DNA of 64,000 nucleotides from Rhodoferax sp. (GTDB lineage Bacteria; Pseudomonadota; Gammaproteobacteria; Burkholderiales; Burkholderiaceae_C): NCBI RefSeq assembly GCF_028689295.1, contig NZ_JAQTWL010000005.1, positions 82,579 to 146,578 of the forward strand, read 5' to 3'. Shown piece by piece: positions 58,542 to 64,000 of this stretch (position 1 is its first letter; each line of letters starts with the position of its first letter). The notes under the pieces were generated by a model. It saw only the letters and a program-made list of their open reading frames with translations, ran no database searches and was not told where the DNA came from. The position numbers and the translations under genes were made by a program.

Positions 58542-59843
58542 TCAAAGCCAGCGCAGCCATGCCCAAACCACACCCAGCGTCAACAACGTCACCGGCACAC
58601 CCACGCGGGCATGCATGCGCCAGTCCAGCGCCACCCCGCATTTTTGTGCCAGGTCCGCCACGATCAAATTGGCAATCGAGCCCACCAGCAGCAAATTGCC
58701 CGCCAAGGTGCTCACCAGCGCCAGCGTCACGCCGGCGTCCTGGTCACTCAGGTGCGGCAGCAAAAGCATCACGGCGGGGACATTGGAGACCAGGTTGGAC
58801 AGGCCGACTCCGGCAACGAACAGGGCGCCGGGGTCGGCCAGTTGCACGCCTTGTGTTGCCAGCCATGCCACAACCTGCGCAGCCAAACCGGTGGATTCGA
58901 ACGCGTGATTCACCACGAACAAACCCATGAACAGTACCAGCAATTGCCAGTCGACGAAACCCATGACGTGGGACGAGTGCAGGCGACGGCTCAGCAGCAG
59001 CACCGCCGCGCCCACCAGTGCCGCCACCTCGCGCGGCCAGTCGGTGAACAAAAAAACCAGCAGCAGGGCGGTCGCCACCGTCAGCCCCTTGGCGGATTGC
59101 CAGGCGTCGAATGGCGGGGCTTGCAGTGGGCCATATCCGCTGGCCAATTCCACTGGCACGACGTCGCCCGCCGCATTTTTTGCCGAACGATCCGGCTCGT
59201 TCGGCAGCGTGCGGTTGGCAGACGCACGCGCGCCAGGTCCCCAAGCCAGCCAGGCCCACAGCACGCCCAGGCTCAACACCACAGGCGGCAGGGCTTGGCG
59301 CACATAGCCGTCAAATGGCAGGTGCAGCACCGAGCCGATCAGCATGTTTTGCGGGTTGCCGATCAGGGTGGCCGCCGAGCCGATGTTGGCGGCGCAGGCC
59401 AGCCCCAGCAAAAACGGCACCGGGTTCAGGCGCCGTTGCCGGCACAGTTGCGCCACCACCGGCGTCATCGCCAGGCAGATGATGTCGTTGGAAAACACCG
59501 CCGACAAGGCACCGGCCACAAAAATGAGGGCACCGAGCAGGGCGTTGCGCCCCAGCGGCAGCGCCGCCACCTGGCGCGTCACGGCGGTGTAGAAGCCGCC
59601 CAGGCGCATCTGCGCCGACACCACCATGAACGAAAACAACAGCAGCACGGTGGGCAAGTCCACGGCGCTTGCCGCCTGCGCGGTGCTCATGGCGCCCAGG
59701 CCGATCACGCTGATCGCGCCCAGCAGTGCCACGCCGGAGCGGTCGAGCTTGAGACGCGGCAAGTCGCCCAGAATCATACCGGCATAGACGGTGACAAAAA
59801 TCGCCACGATGCCCCAGTCGATCAGGCCATGTTCAGGTGTCAT
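58542..59843 (-). CDS. ArsB/NhaD/SLC13-type anion permease
   Basis: DRSGVALLG, SAVFSNDI, AANIGSAATLIGNPQN, NLVSNVPA, SIANLIV. Confidence 0.9.
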   Translation of the reverse strand: MTPEHGLIDWGIVAIFVTVYAGMILGDLPRLKLDRSGVALLGAISVIGLGAMSTAQAASAVDLPTVLLLFSFMVVSAQMRLGGFYTAVTRQVAALPLGRNALLGALIFVAGALSAVFSNDIICLAMTPVVAQLCRQRRLNPVPFLLGLACAANIGSAATLIGNPQNMLIGSVLHLPFDGYVRQALPPVVLSLGVLWAWLAWGPGARASANRTLPNEPDRSAKNAAGDVVPVELASGYGPLQAPPFDAWQSAKGLTVATALLLVFLFTDWPREVAALVGAAVLLLSRRLHSSHVMGFVDWQLLVLFMGLFVVNHAFESTGLAAQVVAWLATQGVQLADPGALFVAGVGLSNLVSNVPAVMLLLPHLSDQDAGVTLALVSTLAGNLLLVGSIANLIVADLAQKCGVALDWRMHARVGVPVTLLTLGVVWAWLRWL

Positions 59844-59902
59844 GAGGTGTTTTCGATGGTCCGTAAAATTGTCGCCAACTTTAACCATTTCAGATTTGCC
59901 CC

Positions 59903-60112
59903 ATGATCTCCAAACACCTGCAACGCGGCGCCTTGAACGGTGGCGTGCTCGCCATGCTGATCGGCGCCCTGGCACTGGCCGCTTTGCTGATCTACTCTGC
60001 TGCCTCGGGCTATGAGTTGCCGTTCTGGCAGGCGATGGCTGTCATCGCGGTCAATGTGGTGGCAGCCGCCCGCTTGGCCTGGACCGTGATTCAGGCCAAA
60101 AAGAAACGTTAA
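59903..60112 (+). CDS. Small two-TM membrane protein (69 aa)
   Basis: Two hydrophobic stretches and a basic C-terminal KKKR; fills an otherwise empty gap. Confidence 0.6.
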   Translation: MISKHLQRGALNGGVLAMLIGALALAALLIYSAASGYELPFWQAMAVIAVNVVAAARLAWTVIQAKKKR

Positions 60113-61047
60113 ACGACGGCTGGATGCGCCTGGCGCAACGCGGCCTGAAACGCCTGCGTGACGCGCGCGGGCTGCGGCGAGGCCCGCACGATGCTGAAAA
60201 AGCTGCAACGGTAATGGAAGGTTTGCGGCTGCACGGCGCGCATCCGGCCCAGATGGACAAAACTTTCCGCATAGTGGTCGGGTAAAAAACCCAAAAAGCA
60301 GCCTGACAGGATCAGCGTCGCAATCGACTCCTGGTCATAACCGGTCGCGGTGCGCGCCAGTTGCACCTGCTGGGTCAGTTCCATGTTGGGCGAGTGGTAG
60401 CCCAGGCCGGCAAAAGCGTAGGCGCGCAGCGCAGCCCAGTTCTGCGGTTCCAGCGCAGGCGTAGCGGCAAACAAAGGGTGCTCGACACTGGCGTAGAGGT
60501 ACATGGTCTCGGTGAACAGCTCGTCATAGGTCAGCACGGCCGAACTGCGGTGGCCGGGAATGATGCCCACCTGAAACTGGCCGTCGAGCACACCGCGCTC
60601 AATCGCGTTGAGCGGCGCCACGTGCAGGTGCAGGCGCACATCGGGGGCTTGCCCGGCAAACAGCTTGATGGCAGCCCCGATATGCGCAGCTGGATTGCTG
60701 GCAGTCTTGTCGAAGACGGCAATGTGCAGTTCGCCGCCCATGCGCTGGTGAATTTCGTCGACGCGGCTGCGAAAGTCATCGACCCCGGCCAACAGGCGCA
60801 GCGTCTCGGCATAAATTTGCTCACCCTCGGGGGTCAGGGCAAATCCGGCGCGACCCCGCCGGCACAAGGTCAGCCCCAGGCGCGTTTCCAGATCCTTGAC
60901 GTGGCGGCTCACGGTGGAGGTGCCAATGTTGAGTTCCAGCTCGGCGGCCGCCATGCCGCCGCAGTCCACCACGGTCTTGAACACGCGCAGCAGGCGGATG
61001 TCCATGTCGCTGAGCTGGCCCAGGGCGGCGCGGGTTTTTACTTGCAT
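60109..61047 (-). CDS. LysR-family regulator (BauR-like)
   Basis: LysR HTH (GGMAAAELELNIGTSTVSRHVKDLE); divergent from an omega-aminotransferase. Confidence 0.9.
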   Translation of the reverse strand: MQVKTRAALGQLSDMDIRLLRVFKTVVDCGGMAAAELELNIGTSTVSRHVKDLETRLGLTLCRRGRAGFALTPEGEQIYAETLRLLAGVDDFRSRVDEIHQRMGGELHIAVFDKTASNPAAHIGAAIKLFAGQAPDVRLHLHVAPLNAIERGVLDGQFQVGIIPGHRSSAVLTYDELFTETMYLYASVEHPLFAATPALEPQNWAALRAYAFAGLGYHSPNMELTQQVQLARTATGYDQESIATLILSGCFLGFLPDHYAESFVHLGRMRAVQPQTFHYRCSFFSIVRASPQPARVTQAFQAALRQAHPAVV

Positions 61048-61133
61048 GGATTTACAACCAAGCTGTGATAGTTAAATATTTATAAGAGTAACAGAGTCAC
61101 GCACAATCGCCAATCTGCTCTTTTGGAGAACCC

Positions 61134-62483
61134 ATGAACATGCCCGATACCCAAGCCCTGACCCGAGCGCGCACCGACGCCGCCTGGCTCGACGCGCACT
61201 GGATGCCCTTCACCGGCAACCGCGACTTCAAGGCGCATCCGCGCATGATGGCCAGCGCCGAGGGTGCGTACTACACCGACATCGACGGCCGCCGCATTTT
61301 TGACGGCCTGTCGGGCCTGTGGACTTGCGGCCTGGGCCACGGCCGCGCCGAGATTGTTGAGGCGGCACGCCATCAGCTCGCCACGCTCGACTACTCGCCC
61401 GCTTTCCAGTTCGGCCACCCGCTGTCGTTTGCGCTGGCCAACAAGCTCAAGGAACTCACCCCCGCCGGGCTCGATTACGTGTTTTTTACCGGCTCGGGAT
61501 CCGAGTCGGCCGACACCTCCTTGAAGATGGCGCGGGCTTACTGGCGCGCCAAGGGCCAGGGCAGCAAAAGTCTGCTGATCGGCCGCGAAAAAGGCTACCA
61601 CGGCGTCAATTTCGGCGGCATTTCGGTGGGCGGCATCGGCGGCAACCGCAAGGTGTTTGGCCAGGGCATTGCGGCCGACCACCTGCCGCACACGCAGCCG
61701 CCGGCGGGCTCGTTCATTCGCGGCTGCGCCGAACACGGCGCCGAGCTGGCCGACGACTTGCTCAAGCTGATTGCGCTGCACGACGCCAGCAACATTGCGG
61801 CCGTCATCGTCGAGCCCATGTCGGGTTCGGCCGGCGTTGTGGTACCACCCAAAGGCTACTTGCAGCGCCTGCGCGACATCTGCACCGCGCACAACATCCT
61901 GCTGATTTTTGACGAGGTCATCACCGGCTTTGGCCGCCTGGGCACATACACCGGCGCGGAATACTTTGGCGTCACGCCCGACATCATGAACTGTGCCAAG
62001 CAGATCACCAACGGCGCGCAGCCGCTGGGTGCGGTGATTGCCAAGAAAGAAATCTACGATACCTTCATGGCTGCTGGCGGGCCCGACTACCTGCTTGAAT
62101 TTGCCCATGGCTACACCTACTCGGCGCACCCTGTGCCGTGCGCGGTGGGCCTGGCCACGCTCGACATCCTGGTGCGCGAGAACATGATCGAGCGTGTCAA
62201 GGCGCTGGCCCCACATTTCGAGAACGCCGTGCACTCGCTCAAGGGCTGCAAGCACGTGGCCGACATCCGCAACCTGGGGCTGGCGGCAGGCTTCACCATC
62301 GAGGCGCAGCCCGGCGAGCCCGCCAAACGCCCCTATGAGATTGCCAAGGCGATGCTGGCCAAGGGCTTTTATGTACGCTACGGTGGCGATACCATCCAGC
62401 TGGCGCCGCCTTTCATCTCCACGCCCGCGCAGATTGACAGCCTGGTCAATGCCCTGGGTGAAACCATCAACCAAACTGCCTGA
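61134..62483 (+). CDS. Omega-amino acid:pyruvate (beta-alanine) aminotransferase, class III
   Basis: HWMPFTGNRDFK, DGLSGLW, YHGVNFGG, FDEVITGFGR, AKQITNG, HGYTYS. Confidence 0.92.
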   Translation: MNMPDTQALTRARTDAAWLDAHWMPFTGNRDFKAHPRMMASAEGAYYTDIDGRRIFDGLSGLWTCGLGHGRAEIVEAARHQLATLDYSPAFQFGHPLSFALANKLKELTPAGLDYVFFTGSGSESADTSLKMARAYWRAKGQGSKSLLIGREKGYHGVNFGGISVGGIGGNRKVFGQGIAADHLPHTQPPAGSFIRGCAEHGAELADDLLKLIALHDASNIAAVIVEPMSGSAGVVVPPKGYLQRLRDICTAHNILLIFDEVITGFGRLGTYTGAEYFGVTPDIMNCAKQITNGAQPLGAVIAKKEIYDTFMAAGGPDYLLEFAHGYTYSAHPVPCAVGLATLDILVRENMIERVKALAPHFENAVHSLKGCKHVADIRNLGLAAGFTIEAQPGEPAKRPYEIAKAMLAKGFYVRYGGDTIQLAPPFISTPAQIDSLVNALGETINQTA

Positions 62484-62485
62484 TC

Positions 62486-64000
62486 ATGCAAAACCTACCC
62501 ATAATCCAAGACCTTCCGCAAATCAAACACCTGATCGACGGTCAACTGGTGGCCGGCGGCACACGCCAGGCTGATGTCTTCAACCCCGCCACCGGACAGG
62601 CTGAAAAGCGCGTGCCGCTGGCCGACAAGCTCACCGTGGAACAGGCCATTGGCAGCGCCCAGGCGGCGTACCCGGCCTGGCGCAACACGCCGCCGCTCAA
62701 GCGCGCCCGCATCATGAGCAAGCTCAAAGTCTTGCTCGAAGACAACGCCGACGCCATCTGCGCGCTGGTCACCGCCGAACACGGCAAGGTTCTGAGCGAC
62801 TCGCTGGGAGAGTTGCAGCGCGGCATTGAAAATGTCGAATACGCCTCTTATGCCCCCGAACTGCTCAAGGGCGAGCACAGCAAGAACGTCGCCCCCACCA
62901 TGGATTCGTGGAGTGAATTCCAGGCGCTGGGGGTGTGCGCTGGCATCACGCCTTTCAACTTTCCGGTGATGGTGCCGCTGTGGATGTGGCCGATGGCGGT
63001 GGCTTGCGGCAACACCTTCATTTTGAAGCCATCCGAACGCGACCCGTCCAGCACGCTGCTGGTGGCCGAACTGGCGCTGCAAGCGGGCCTGCCACCGGGT
63101 GTGCTCAATGTGGTGCATGGCGACAAGGAGGCGGTCGATACCTTGCTCACCGACCCGCGCGTCAAGGCCGTCAGCTTCGTCGGCTCGACGCCGATCGCCG
63201 AGTACATCTATTCAACCGGCTGCGCCCACGGCAAGCGCGTGCAGGCGCTCGGAGGCGCCAAGAATCACGCCGTGGTCATGCCCGATGCCGACATCCCGAA
63301 CGCCGTCAATGCCTTGATGGGCGCAGCCTATGGCTCCTGCGGCGAGCGCTGCATGGCAATTCCGCTGGTCGTGGCGGTGGGTGATGCGACTGCCGACGCG
63401 GTGGTGGCCGGCCTCAAGGTCGAAATCGCCAAGATGAAGGTCGGCCCCGGCACCGACGCCGCCTGCGACATGGGCCCGCTGGTGACCAGGGCGCACTTCG
63501 AGAAGGTCAGGGGCTATGTGGATCAGGGCGTGAGAGAGGGCGCCACGCTGGTGGTCGATGGCCGCGGTGTGAGTGTGCCAGGCCATGAGAGCGGATACTT
63601 TCTGGGCGCCTGCCTGTTCGACAACGTCAAGCCCGGCATGGTGACCTATCAGGAGGAGATCTTTGGCCCGGTGCTGGGTGTGGTGCGTGTCCAGACCCTG
63701 CAGGAGGCGATGGACATGATCGATGCCCACGAGTACGGCAACGGCACCTGCATCTTTACCCGCGACGGCGAAGCCGCGCGTTTTTTCAGTGACCACATCC
63801 AGGTCGGCATGGTCGGCATCAACGTGCCGCTGCCGGTGCCGGTGGCCTACCATTCGTTTGGCGGCTGGAAGCGCAGCCTGTTTGGCGACCTCCACGCCTA
63901 CGGTCCGGATGCCATGCGCTTTTACACCAAGCGCAAGACCATCACCCAGCGCTGGCCGAGTGCCGGTGTGCGTGAAGGCGCGGTGTTCAGTTTCCCGAGC
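62486..64000 (+). CDS. mmsA: CoA-acylating (methyl)malonate-semialdehyde dehydrogenase (stop just beyond the window)
   Basis: Not in the track (no stop). Frame from ATG 62486: FNPATG, ITPFNFP, LKPSERDP, FVGST, GGAKNH, GERCMA, EEIFGP, GGWKRS. Confidence 0.93.
   Translation, partial: MQNLPIIQDLPQIKHLIDGQLVAGGTRQADVFNPATGQAEKRVPLADKLTVEQAIGSAQAAYPAWRNTPPLKRARIMSKLKVLLEDNADAICALVTAEHGKVLSDSLGELQRGIENVEYASYAPELLKGEHSKNVAPTMDSWSEFQALGVCAGITPFNFPVMVPLWMWPMAVACGNTFILKPSERDPSSTLLVAELALQAGLPPGVLNVVHGDKEAVDTLLTDPRVKAVSFVGSTPIAEYIYSTGCAHGKRVQALGGAKNHAVVMPDADIPNAVNALMGAAYGSCGERCMAIPLVVAVGDATADAVVAGLKVEIAKMKVGPGTDAACDMGPLVTRAHFEKVRGYVDQGVREGATLVVDGRGVSVPGHESGYFLGACLFDNVKPGMVTYQEEIFGPVLGVVRVQTLQEAMDMIDAHEYGNGTCIFTRDGEAARFFSDHIQVGMVGINVPLPVPVAYHSFGGWKRSLFGDLHAYGPDAMRFYTKRKTITQRWPSAGVREGAVFSFPS

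Overview
High-GC betaproteobacterial chromosome segment; protein content suggests Comamonadaceae (Rhodoferax-like), which is an inference. Left to right: (1) a lipid-body-type cluster (hypothetical protein, TetR, patatin, phasin, two-domain fatty acyl-CoA reductase); (2) a lower-GC surface-polysaccharide cluster (wzx, methyltransferase, acyltransferase, three GT2s, reductase/epimerase, decayed galE, phosphoglycosyltransferase, an embedded H-NS gene, wbpM-type dehydratase); (3) core genes argB, tRNA-Ala(CGC), mlaD plus auxiliary lipoprotein, flavin oxidoreductase, Gly-rich RRM protein, lptC/kdsC/kdsD, CPA2 antiporter, apt; (4) a four-gene operon I cannot assign: a minimal J-domain protein plus three unknown alpha-helical proteins; (5) tRNA-Ser(TGA) followed by an integrase-less, EcoRII-type restriction-modification islet (HTH-fused Dcm-like methylase, small unknown ORF, Vsr, EcoRII-like endonuclease) whose promoter carries a perfect palindromic operator and a LexA-like box, and in which I found no CCWGG site; (6) pyrC, LysR, AKR, ATM1-type exporter, a beta-oxidation operon with its TetR regulator and operator, srkA, an orphan PilB/GspE-family ATPase with four MshEN-like motifs; (7) GMC oxidoreductase, gpr, DMT, threonine deaminase, USP, a cyanobacterial-type (CugP-like) nucleotidyltransferase, an anion permease and a beta-alanine catabolic locus. 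No CRISPR array, rRNA, transposase or integrase was seen. All family assignments come from motif recognition by eye, not database searches; start codons were adjusted from the ORF track where a better ATG/RBS was visible.
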